From: a virus
IMG/VR virus record: IMGVR_UViG_3300045988_159601
Span: 1-36,220 of that record
Direction: 5' to 3' (one strand)
Length of the DNA: 36,220 nucleotides
Both the position numbers and the translations under genes were made by a program. Position 1 is the first letter of the stretch, and each line of letters starts with the position of its first letter. Below are positions 16,264 through 24,409 of this stretch, piece after piece. The notes beneath the pieces are model-generated. The model saw only the letters and a list, made by a program, of their open reading frames with translations. It made no database searches and had not been told where the DNA came from.

Positions 16264-17946
16264 TCAGGACTTGGTGACGGCCACGGTGTAGACCTTGGTC
16301 TTGTTGCCGTTCTTGACGGTGATAACCAGGTCCTTAGTACCGGTCACGGGGGTCACACTCGCGCCGTTCACGACGTTCTTACCGTTGTAGGACAGTGCAA
16401 CGGCGGCGTTGGCGTTGGCGGGGGTGGCGGTAACATTGGCCGCGGTGGAAGCGGTGGCAGTGTAAGCCGTCACGTCTGCGCTGAACGCGGGAGACAGGGT
16501 CAGGCCGTCGATACCGGTCAGGTCTGCGTCGTTGGCAGTGTCGGCGGCGAAGGTCGCAGTAGTGGTAACGTCAACGTTGTTGATATTGACCGCCACAAAA
16601 GCGCCGGGAATGATAGGAGTACCATCCATACGCTGCTTGCCCTTGAAAACAGTGTTGTCCTGGATGAACTGCACCTCGGTAGAACTCTCGATAGTCATAC
16701 CGGAACGCTGGGTCAGCAGGTACAGATCACCGTAACCGCCGACGATATCACCATCGGAGATGAACTCCAGAACGTCGATGTCACCGTTGATGATAGGCAG
16801 GACGCCGAACAGGTTGGCCACGATGTCACCGGTGGCGGTGAAGGAAATCAGCTTAGACTTCAGCTTTGCATAGGTCTTGGAGTTCATGGCCCAGAACTGA
16901 TTGCCCCGGCTGTATCTGGTGTAGGTCGCGCCGGTTGCCTCCATGAGCTGCGCCCAGAACTGTGCGCCGGTCACGGAATCGCCGCCGATTTTCTTGATGT
17001 TGGAGACGTGCAGGTCCTCCCAAGCGGGGGCGTTGGCGGGGTAGTCGGTGGGCTGGCTGGACTGTGCCAGTCTGGTAACAATGCCCAAGGGCATCTTGCT
17101 CGCGCCGCCCTTGCCGTACAAAATGGCCTTGTCGGCGGCCAGACCGATAGCCTCAGACAGCGCCTCGACGATGTAAGAGGCAAGGTTGATGTCGTTGTCC
17201 TCCAACAGGGAGTTGCAGACGGGGATGAAACCGGCAACTTTGTAGCCGTCGGTGGTAATCTGGTTGAAACCGAACGACAGCTCATTGATAGCACCGCACA
17301 TCTCGGTCCATACGGCTTCGGGGATGGTACCGGCGATGGTCTGTCTGGCCTCACCGGTCACGTTCCGCACACGGACGCGGTTCATCAGTTTGGAGTAGCG
17401 GTACATGTTCTCCGCCACCAACTCCAGGAAGGTGATGGGGATGGTCAGCTCGGCACCGGTCACGGCGCGGGTCTGGCCGCGCATGTCACGGACGCGGGCC
17501 AAAAAATCCTTGACGTCGGGCTGTGCGATGATGGCGCTTCTCTGCTCGGTGGGCAGGGCCTCAAAAGCCCGGCAGTTCATGGGCAGGGAGCGCAGGTTGA
17601 TAGTGTTCTGCATGTTTGCACCTCTCATTTCAGGCTCGGTTTTGGGTTCAGCAGGGGCGGCGGGCTTGGGGGCGGAACGCTCCAGTTCCTCAAGCTCCGT
17701 TTCTAAGGCTGCAATACCGGCGCGCAGGGTTTCCACCTGCTCATCATGTGCGGTCTTGTCTGCCTCGAACTTCTCGATCTCGGCGTTTACAGCCTGCTCC
17801 TGCTCGGTGTTGCCGGGTTCCACCTCGGCAATTGCGGCCTCAAGCTCGGCCTCTCTGGTGGCGAACTGCTCAGCAACTCTTTCCAGCTCGGCCAGTTCGG
17901 TGCGCTTCCCGTCCAGGGAGCGCTTCAGCATAAGGGCTTTAAGCAT
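16264..17946 (-). CDS. HK97-fold major capsid protein with an N-terminal coiled-coil (delta/scaffold) domain and a C-terminal cadherin-like Ig domain
   Basis: 560 aa. The N-terminal ~100 aa are Glu/Ala-rich coiled coil, followed by the capsid core. The last ~85 aa read LTLSPAFSADVTAYTATAS...KTKVYTVAVTKS. Confidence 0.9.
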   Translation of the reverse strand: MLKALMLKRSLDGKRTELAELERVAEQFATREAELEAAIAEVEPGNTEQEQAVNAEIEKFEADKTAHDEQVETLRAGIAALETELEELERSAPKPAAPAEPKTEPEMRGANMQNTINLRSLPMNCRAFEALPTEQRSAIIAQPDVKDFLARVRDMRGQTRAVTGAELTIPITFLELVAENMYRYSKLMNRVRVRNVTGEARQTIAGTIPEAVWTEMCGAINELSFGFNQITTDGYKVAGFIPVCNSLLEDNDINLASYIVEALSEAIGLAADKAILYGKGGASKMPLGIVTRLAQSSQPTDYPANAPAWEDLHVSNIKKIGGDSVTGAQFWAQLMEATGATYTRYSRGNQFWAMNSKTYAKLKSKLISFTATGDIVANLFGVLPIINGDIDVLEFISDGDIVGGYGDLYLLTQRSGMTIESSTEVQFIQDNTVFKGKQRMDGTPIIPGAFVAVNINNVDVTTTATFAADTANDADLTGIDGLTLSPAFSADVTAYTATASTAANVTATPANANAAVALSYNGKNVVNGASVTPVTGTKDLVITVKNGNKTKVYTVAVTKS

Positions 17947-18529
17947 TGTCCTTACTCTCCTTTCCCGCGGCCTTTCTCAGCCGCTCCATCGTGCGCTTTT
18001 TCCAGGCGTCGGCCCGGCGGCGCTTTGCATCCTCAAAATCCCACTTACGGGCGGAAATATTCGTAGCCTCATAGGCCGGGAACGTACAGGGTGATACCTC
18101 ATACAGCGGGGAGATTTTCTCCAGTGTCCAGTGAATCGTCCCATCGTCCCGGAACTCTTCAGTCTGTTTCTCCACGTCGAAACCAAACGAGCAGCCGGTA
18201 ACATCACCCCGTGCGATACGCTGGTAAGCGTTCATAGCGTCGGTGTCGTTTCGATTGATTTTAACCCGGCCATACAGTCCCCGCGCATCGTCGCTCAACT
18301 CCAACGTGCCGTTGGTCGTGCGGCCTAACACGATGTCCTGATTGTGGTTGAACAGCGCCCGAACGTCCCCGGTCAAGCTCTCAGAAAACGCGCCGGGTGC
18401 TACGCTCTCGGTCGCACCGGGCCACAGTTCGTATGGGGAGTTGTAGACTACGAAGTAACCCTCAAGGTAGAGATCGTCCCCGTCTTCACGGGTTTTCATG
18501 TCCTGCATTAACATGCTTCTGTGTTCCAC
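17939..18529 (-). CDS. HK97-family prohead protease
   Basis: 196 aa. LEGYFVVYN...ALFNHNQD..LGRT...GCSFGF pattern. Lies between the portal and capsid genes. Confidence 0.9.
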   Translation of the reverse strand: MEHRSMLMQDMKTREDGDDLYLEGYFVVYNSPYELWPGATESVAPGAFSESLTGDVRALFNHNQDIVLGRTTNGTLELSDDARGLYGRVKINRNDTDAMNAYQRIARGDVTGCSFGFDVEKQTEEFRDDGTIHWTLEKISPLYEVSPCTFPAYEATNISARKWDFEDAKRRRADAWKKRTMERLRKAAGKESKDNA

Positions 18530-18531
18530 GT

Positions 18532-19716
18532 TTATTCACCTCCCTGGGTCAGCTTGCCTTGGTCACCCAACCGGTCAGCCGGAATATAGTTCTCAAGGGC
18601 AAGTAATTCATTCATGTCTGGGTCAGGCGGCAGGTTCAGCCACCCGCGCCATTCATTGCGGCGTAATGCCATTCTGTCCACCATCTCAGCACCCGCACTC
18701 ACCAGCTCGGTTATGTTGTAGCTGTACAAGCTCCAGCTGTTGAACCGGAAGAACAGGTCGGGGGAATACAGCAGTTTCCGGGTCAGCTCCTGCTCGATAC
18801 AACGGGCCAGGGGCATGATGGTCGTATTTACAAAATTATTCCAGGCGTCGCGATTGAAATCGCCAACACCCAGCACAAACGGCGGAATACCAAGCACAGC
18901 CGCAACAGTCCGTTTGTCCAGCGTGACCATCGCGTCAAGGGCCAGGTCGGACAGAGTGAGCGGTTTGATTTGCTCAACGCTGAACTGGTCGGACGGGATG
19001 AGCCACGGTTCCCCGGCCTCACCGCTCGCGGCGTAGGAATCCAGCAGGTTTTTCCGGCCCTCCGGGCTGGAAAATTCGTCGATCAAACCGTCTACCTTCA
19101 CCACCAGCGACGGCTTCCATTTGCTGGCCATGAATCCACGCTGAGTTGCCGCCGCCTGTTTCAGGTTGTCTGCGACAGCGGCCAGGGATACGCGGTACCC
19201 GGTACCAAGCCACGGATACAGGCTATCCGGGTTCAATGCAAAATGCAGAATTTTGTCCGGGCTGTACGTCTGCCCGCTGATTACTGCCCGGTACCCCCAG
19301 CCGTCAGGGATGAACGCCACAAACGCAGGCGGGACCGGGTTAAGGTCCCGGATAATACCGGCCCGTGTGTTGGGCCAGACCACCGCGTTACCGTGCCCCT
19401 CTAGGTACATCGTGCGGACAATCCAATGGATAAACCCGGCCCGCGTGGTGTAACTGTTCGGGTTAATGTCGATCTTCCGGGCCAGTTCGTTTCTGATACG
19501 CACATCTCCCGCGTCGGTGTTCTGCATGAGATTGATAGTCATACTGCCCACCAGCCGGGCGATTGTATCCACGCCCGCCGCGATTTCCGGGTTATGTGCC
19601 AGGCTGATATAGCCCCGACAGGCCAGACTATCGTATTGCGACGCATCGCACAGCCACGCGGCGGCGCTCCGTCTCTGCGTAGGCTCGGCCCGCGCTTTCT
19701 GTCTGCGTTTACTCAA
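18532..19716 (-). CDS. Portal protein (HK97 family)
   Basis: 394 aa. Position after TerL and typical sequence. Confidence 0.9.
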   Translation of the reverse strand: MSKRRQKARAEPTQRRSAAAWLCDASQYDSLACRGYISLAHNPEIAAGVDTIARLVGSMTINLMQNTDAGDVRIRNELARKIDINPNSYTTRAGFIHWIVRTMYLEGHGNAVVWPNTRAGIIRDLNPVPPAFVAFIPDGWGYRAVISGQTYSPDKILHFALNPDSLYPWLGTGYRVSLAAVADNLKQAAATQRGFMASKWKPSLVVKVDGLIDEFSSPEGRKNLLDSYAASGEAGEPWLIPSDQFSVEQIKPLTLSDLALDAMVTLDKRTVAAVLGIPPFVLGVGDFNRDAWNNFVNTTIMPLARCIEQELTRKLLYSPDLFFRFNSWSLYSYNITELVSAGAEMVDRMALRRNEWRGWLNLPPDPDMNELLALENYIPADRLGDQGKLTQGGE

Positions 19717-21500
19717 TCGTCATCACCTCTGCGTTCGCCCCACCAGGCGCTTGCTTTCTGTCGTTTGTCCATGTTTTCCAGGTATCGGATGCAGGCAAAT
19801 ACCGACGCATCAAACAGGTCAATCCGGTGTTCCGGCTGTACCTTCTCGTACTGAATCATGTCATCGGTTTTTTCAATGGCCGCGACGTTCTCCACGCAAT
19901 ACTCAAACGCCTCAGAGTGCAGGTAGTACAGTTTGCCGTTTTTGGCAGAATGTTCGATATACCGGAAACCCTCAGATTTTTTGTAGTAGTATTGTGGTTG
20001 GTCGATGATCTTAAACCCGGCCTCTTTCATACCGAGAAAATACTCACGGCAGAATTTCCGGTCGTGTCCAACCTGTCGGATACGGAAGCCCATCTGTCGC
20101 ATATCAGCAAACCAGGCTACCACGTCCTGGTGATTCACCGTGGGGCTGTTGCACAGCGTCAACCAGCCGTCTTCCGCCCAGCCGAACAGCGGGATATTAT
20201 CCTGGTCAGCTTTCAGATGAGCCGCCACAACAGGGAAAAATGCGTGAGTGATTACGATGTCAACGCCCTTATAGTGGCCGAACAGGGCCGCAGCTGTCAG
20301 ATCGTGGAGTTTGGACAGGTCAGCCCCGCCGTACCAGTCAATCGGGAGTTTGGCCAGTTCTTCCAGCGTCCAATGATATTCATTATCACTGGCCCGGAAC
20401 TCATCGACGTCAAAATATGCCCGCATTGCGTTTGTATACACGTTCAAGCTCTTTGCAAAAAAGTCTTTCCGCTGTTGCGGGTCGTTCTGGGCCTGCAAGC
20501 TGTCGTTCAAAATTTCCTCCGGTCGGATGCTCACCCCGTAAGCCGGATTAGCCATTTCATGCACTGCGGGGTCGGTAAAATCTACCGAGCCGTCACGCAC
20601 ACCATCCGGGGCGCAGCACATAAAGATAAAATACTGTTCATCGGAAACCGTACCGTCCAGGACCTTCCGACAGTATTTCAAGCGCTGTCCAAGAAAGGCC
20701 TGCTCATTATCGCCTGCTGTGGAAATGCCGATCAGCAGTTTATTTGTATAGGCTTTCATGGCTTCCTTGAACAGGTTGTATTGCTTGGGTTGCTTGAACG
20801 CATGAATCTCATCACAGATTGCAATGTTCGCGTTCAACGAATCCTGACTGTCTGGGTTTGCAGCCAGCGCCCGAATGAAAAACGAACCATCCCCTAGATC
20901 AGCAGAGAGACTGTGTTCGTTGTGGTTGTCTACAATGCGGACACTCCCGCCGTCTTTGGAATCCTCACCCAGCCGCCGGATGTTGTAGGCCAGGAAGTTA
21001 TAGGATTCCATGGACTGCATGAGCGCAGCGGACGCAATGTACATTTTCGAGCCGGAACGCCGATACAGCAGGGACAGCGCCCAGGCAAGAGAAGCAGCAA
21101 AAGAAGTTTTGATATTTTTGCGCGGGATATATATCAATGCTTCGTGGTATCTGACGATCTTCGTTCCAGTCAGCTTGAAACCAACCAGGTTGTAAATGAT
21201 GAATTTGTGAAACGGCTCTAGCAAGAACGGCTTACCCCTCAGCGGCTCACCGTCCAGCCGTTCGCCCTGCTGGTGGCACATCGTTTTTTCGATGATGCCA
21301 ATGCAAAACTCCGGCGCTTTGTAATCCATCCAGTAATCAGGGTTTTCCAAATCCCGGAAAAACCGCTCGACGGTTTGTTTCAGTTCGTCACAGGCGATTT
21401 TCCGCCCGTCCCGGATGGAGGTGGCGTATTCAAGCACCACGGGCCAGTTACGTCCTGGTTTGTTTTCGCGCTTACTCAAGGCTAGCAAGTGCCGCCGCAA
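19713..21500 (-). CDS. terL: Terminase large subunit
   Basis: 595 aa of Terminase_1 type, with ATPase and nuclease halves. Overlaps the TerS 3' end. Confidence 0.9.
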   Translation of the reverse strand: MRRHLLALSKRENKPGRNWPVVLEYATSIRDGRKIACDELKQTVERFFRDLENPDYWMDYKAPEFCIGIIEKTMCHQQGERLDGEPLRGKPFLLEPFHKFIIYNLVGFKLTGTKIVRYHEALIYIPRKNIKTSFAASLAWALSLLYRRSGSKMYIASAALMQSMESYNFLAYNIRRLGEDSKDGGSVRIVDNHNEHSLSADLGDGSFFIRALAANPDSQDSLNANIAICDEIHAFKQPKQYNLFKEAMKAYTNKLLIGISTAGDNEQAFLGQRLKYCRKVLDGTVSDEQYFIFMCCAPDGVRDGSVDFTDPAVHEMANPAYGVSIRPEEILNDSLQAQNDPQQRKDFFAKSLNVYTNAMRAYFDVDEFRASDNEYHWTLEELAKLPIDWYGGADLSKLHDLTAAALFGHYKGVDIVITHAFFPVVAAHLKADQDNIPLFGWAEDGWLTLCNSPTVNHQDVVAWFADMRQMGFRIRQVGHDRKFCREYFLGMKEAGFKIIDQPQYYYKKSEGFRYIEHSAKNGKLYYLHSEAFEYCVENVAAIEKTDDMIQYEKVQPEHRIDLFDASVFACIRYLENMDKRQKASAWWGERRGDDD

Positions 21501-21825
21501 GCGGTGGCAACTTCTTGTCCTTCCGACTTTCGTCCCCGGTCACCTTTTTATAGCTAGCCGGGGTCAAACCCATTTCCCGCCAATACGCCAAAGCGGTTTT
21601 ATTCAGGTCATCCCATGCCACGAGTAGGGGATTTTTCCGCGTTACCCCGCTGGCCGTCGGTTCGCTGAGAGAACTAGCCCCCTCAGCCTCGAACTCTGCG
21701 CGGGTCGCGTCACGTTGGGCCAGAATCCCGGCCAGCGCGTCAATCTGGGCCGCATACGGCACCGGGTCAGTGCCTAATTTTTCTAATTGTTCAGAAATAC
21801 TCTGAAACCAAGTCTCTTTATCCAT
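21472..21825 (-). CDS. terS: Terminase small subunit (P27 family)
   Basis: 117 aa. Ends ...[35 protein letters not shown]. Confidence 0.8.
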   Translation of the reverse strand: MDKETWFQSISEQLEKLGTDPVPYAAQIDALAGILAQRDATRAEFEAEGASSLSEPTASGVTRKNPLLVAWDDLNKTALAYWREMGLTPASYKKVTGDESRKDKKLPPLAAALASLE

Positions 21826-21980
21826 TTCTAGCTCCTAAAAGTTCAGTTTTGCCATAAAAACGAGCAAAAAGGTTCATACCAGTTTCTGACAGCGTGTCAG
21901 AATGGGAAAAACCTCACCAGGCCACCGACCGCCAAATATTTTTTATCGACAACCGATGGGGGGGGGATGCAAAAAAAATT

Positions 21981-22259
21981 TTACTCCGGCGGACTCGTCC
22001 GACGCATTAACGCGACGCCTTCCGCTGTTAATTTATCGCTATCCCTGTCGTGCAGTTTGTTGTGGGCAGCTCGACTAACTGCCACTAGGTTCCACGGCTC
22101 GAACGCATACTCTGGAAACTCATCTACTGGGTAGATATGATGCACCAGATCAGCCGGTACGGCTTTTCCAAATCTTTTGGACAGCTGGCACCTATACCCG
22201 TCGCGCCTCATTACCTGTGCGCGTAAACGTTCCCAGCGCCTAGCCTTGTAATCAAACAT
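21981..22259 (-). CDS. HNH endonuclease associated with terminase (cos-type packaging accessory)
   Basis: 92 aa. RRDGYRCQ...HHIYP...NLVAVSRAAHNKLH. Confidence 0.85.
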   Translation of the reverse strand: MFDYKARRWERLRAQVMRRDGYRCQLSKRFGKAVPADLVHHIYPVDEFPEYAFEPWNLVAVSRAAHNKLHDRDSDKLTAEGVALMRRTSPPE

Positions 22260-22442
22260 AGATCACACCACCCTTACCCTCTCCCCCGTTCATCGTGCCC
22301 GGCGCTGGACTTGCACCAACTCTAGGGGCTACGCCCCGCCGCGCATGTGGGGCAAGGCCCCCCGGCCCTGCCCCGGTAAAGGAAGGAGGAGATAGAAATG
22401 GAAGAATCCCACACGAGACTGCACACTATGGAACCCAGATAT

Positions 22443-22470
22443 ATTATACCATATCGTGAGGCGTAGACAA
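22443..22470 (-). promoter_or_regulatory. Candidate promoter of the HNH/terminase/structural operon
   Basis: Minus strand reads TTGTCT, 16 nt, tgg-TATAAT (extended -10 with TG). About 175 nt upstream of the HNH ATG. Confidence 0.5.
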
Positions 22471-22528
22471 AACCTCATGTACCAAACTATTGAATTAGTT
22501 TAACCCATACACCAACCCAGTCCAGTCC

Positions 22529-22622
22529 ATACACCAACTCACACCAGCCAATACACCAACTCATACACCAGCCAATACACCAACTCATACACCAACTCAT
22601 ACACCAACTCATACACCAACTC
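22529..22622. repeat. Tandem array of about 8 units of a 12-mer (ATACACCAACTC, variant ATACACCAGCCA)
   Basis: Perfect units start at 22529, 22551, 22575, 22587, 22599 and 22611. Variants are at 22541 and 22563, and there is an isolated copy at 22507. Confidence 0.9.
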
Positions 22623-22641
22623 AGCCCTGCTGTTTACTTTA

Positions 22642-22962
22642 GTGGAACAAAGGGCACAAAAGACACAAGGGTTTCTTATAAACCCCTATATAAGGCTGTA
22701 TATTAGTCTATATCCGTACTATATACCCTATTTACCTATTTAATTATATATTTGTTCCTATTGTTCCACTTGTTCCATAGATATAGAAAACCCTTGGGGG
22801 GCCAACGGTTTGCGGGCGGGACAGAGGTGGAACAAGAGGCGCAAAAAGTGGAACAATGGGAACAAGGCTGTTGTTCCACTCAAGGGACCTGGTGGAACAA
22901 GGAACAAGGAACGGGGACAGACCCGGCTTGTTCCAGGCTCTTGTCCCCGTTCCTTGTTCCAC
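22642..22962. repeat. Iteron-like array: at least 13 copies of (GT)GGAACAA in both orientations, flanking an AT-rich tract
   Basis: Forward copies start at 22642, 22827, 22848, 22859, 22892 and 22901. Reverse copies (TTGTTCC(AC)) start at 22752, 22761, 22770, 22871, 22928 and 22954. The AT-rich tata-repeat tract is 22675..22760. Confidence 0.85.
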
Positions 22963-22976
22963 TCTTCGACCCTGTT

Positions 22977-23231
22977 TCATGCGCCCACAATGGGGCGCTT
23001 CCATTTTAATTCACTGGCAGGGATACGATATTTTTTCTGCTCATTAAACGACCGGTTGAAATACGATTGTACCCCGTCCGGGTGCGTGAAGATGTCATCG
23101 CCGTTTAGGACGATACCATAGCAAATGATATAGGCATTATGTCCAGGGATTCTGTGATAGGTTGCGTTCTCCGTTTCTACCTCATAGAATCCCCTGGTGC
23201 CGTGTTCGTAGATAGGGACATAGACTTTCAT
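22977..23231 (-). CDS. Hypothetical small protein (84 aa)
   Basis: The ATG at 23231 is preceded by GGGCAGAAAGGAAGG. The track start 23255 lacks an SD. Confidence 0.6.
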   Translation of the reverse strand: MKVYVPIYEHGTRGFYEVETENATYHRIPGHNAYIICYGIVLNGDDIFTHPDGVQSYFNRSFNEQKKYRIPASELKWKRPIVGA

Positions 23232-23262
23232 AGCGTCCTTCCTTTCTGCCCACAATGGGCTG

Positions 23263-23511
23263 TCACCGGCTCAGAGCCTCACAGATAAAAGATCTTCTCC
23301 GGTCCGGGACGTAAACGAAAATGGTAACGTCGCGCTCTCTGTCTCTCATATCGTTGGAGCAGATTTCACACTTGACCGTGATAAATCCAATCGCGCCGTC
23401 TGTCTCATGGTATCCGTAGCCGGTGAGTCTGGAATCCTTGCCGTCGCGTTTCTGCGCGAACTTCTCAACCTTCTTGATCTCGCTTCTCAACAGCCCTTCA
23501 AACTTCTTCAT
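23263..23511 (-). CDS. Hypothetical small protein (82 aa)
   Basis: The ATG is preceded by GGCCAGAAAGGAAGATAACT, the conserved leader. Confidence 0.6.
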   Translation of the reverse strand: MKKFEGLLRSEIKKVEKFAQKRDGKDSRLTGYGYHETDGAIGFITVKCEICSNDMRDRERDVTIFVYVPDRRRSFICEALSR

Positions 23512-23584
23512 AGTTATCTTCCTTTCTGGCCGGGCTTGTGACCGGCCTGCCGCATTACCGGGGCCGAAGCCCCGTCACTCTGCG
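23512..23584 (-). repeat. Structured intergenic element, copy A
   Basis: Minus strand: cgcagagtgac-CGGGGC-ttcg-GCCCCG-gtaatgcggca-GGCCGG-tcacaagc-CCGGCC-agaaaggaagataact. Confidence 0.8.
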
Positions 23585-23585
23585 A

Positions 23586-23789
23586 TTAAAAAAGTTCCAT
23601 TACGTTCCCGTCGATGGCGCTCATTATGTGGGTGTAGCCTTCTCTCAGGTAATGACTATAACGGGTTGTGTCCTTGGCGGAGATCACAACGGCGCTGTTC
23701 CCCTTTACTAGGGCTGCATACTTTGTTGCTTTCCCGTGGGACTTGCGGATACACTCTCTCTCCAGGTTTTTTAATTGCAGTTTGTTCAT
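23586..23789 (-). CDS. Hypothetical small protein (67 aa)
   Basis: The ATG at 23789 is preceded by GGCCAGAAAGGAAGATAAAA. The track start 23834 lies inside the repeat element. Confidence 0.6.
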   Translation of the reverse strand: MNKLQLKNLERECIRKSHGKATKYAALVKGNSAVVISAKDTTRYSHYLREGYTHIMSAIDGNVMELF

Positions 23790-23865
23790 TTTTATCTTCC
23801 TTTCTGGCCGGGGTTGTGACCGGCTCTCCCGCATTACCAGAGGCTTGCGCCCCTGTCACTCTGCG
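23790..23865 (-). repeat. Structured intergenic element, copy B
   Basis: Minus strand: cgcagagtgac-AGGGGC-gcaa-GCCTCT-ggtaatgcgggaga-GCCGG-tcacaacc-CCGGC-cagaaaggaagataaaa. The TGA stop of the upstream gene lies within it. Confidence 0.8.
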
Positions 23866-24095
23866 TTGTTGATGTAGGCTCTCAGTTCTCCGTCGTATGC
23901 GTCGCTGTCGAGCCAGGCGTTGAACGCTTCCGGGTATCGGCGCTCGATCTCGTCCATCAACCATCCGCGCATGAGAACGCTTTCCTTGTTTCTCTGGCCC
24001 TCTGTACTCTCCCAGATGGTCAGGAGCAGGTTGTCGTTCATTGCTTCTACCCTCTCCACTGCCTGTCTAGTCATGGCCTCTACGTTCTTTTTCAT
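23856..24095 (-). CDS. Hypothetical small protein (79 aa), first gene of the small-ORF cassette
   Basis: The ATG is preceded by GGGCAGAAAGGAAATAGAT, downstream of the promoter at 24148..24176. Confidence 0.6.
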   Translation of the reverse strand: MKKNVEAMTRQAVERVEAMNDNLLLTIWESTEGQRNKESVLMRGWLMDEIERRYPEAFNAWLDSDAYDGELRAYINNAE

Positions 24096-24147
24096 ATCTA
24101 TTTCCTTTCTGCCCTGTCGGGCTGTCCGTTTCCTTTACTGTGATTAT

Positions 24148-24176
24148 ATTGTACACCAGCTTGTACAATAATACAA
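24148..24176 (-). promoter_or_regulatory. Sigma70-like promoter of the small-ORF cassette, paralogous to 3752..3780
   Basis: Minus strand reads TTGTAT, 17 nt, TACAAT. Four TTGTAC(A) copies lie at 24149, 24161, 24185 and 24197. Confidence 0.5.
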
Positions 24177-24303
24177 TAGACACATTGTACAAATTCTTGT
24201 ACTGTTTCCTGTGCGCTTTGACAGAGATTTGACAGGCTAATATCTCCTAAAACGTGCTAAAATATGCTAAAATCCGTACCCCGAAGCATAGCTTCAGGGT
24301 ATG

Positions 24304-24345
24304 CAAAAATCCCGTGAAACCATTGGCGCTCAACGGTTTCACGGG
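24304..24345 (-). terminator. Rho-independent terminator downstream of the integrase
   Basis: 11-bp stem cccgtgaaacc / ggtttcacggg, followed on the minus strand by atttttgcat. Confidence 0.65.
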
Positions 24346-24409
24346 ATTTGATGTACCCATTTATCAGATTTTTACCCCCACCTGCCAGAGGTGGAAGAAA
24401 CCGTTGAAT

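Noticed and set aside
19827-20897. 356-aa plus-strand ORF (similar long antisense ORFs at 17008..17706, 17405..18094, 11309..11857, 12092..12568, 32328..32915, 33893..34447, 34690..35148 and 35236..35688)
   Set aside because: All lie antisense to, or out of frame within, genes with clear family signatures (terminase, capsid, tape measure, polymerase, primase). They are GC-driven open frames.
22398-22466. 22-codon plus-strand ORF behind a strong AAGGAGGAG SD-like sequence
   Set aside because: It is too short, on the opposite strand to all surrounding transcription, and inside the leader of the late operon. The purine run is more simply the complement of a CU-rich leader segment.
22529-22622. 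Possible CRISPR array
   Set aside because: The units are 12 nt, directly abutting, with no spacers and no cas genes. It is a plain tandem repeat.
22744-23121. Five overlapping 63-103-aa ORFs on both strands
   Set aside because: They are created by the GGAACAA/TTGTTCC repeat array (translations full of WNK/EQG/LVP repeats). They have no SD and are mutually overlapping. The region is treated as non-coding iterons.
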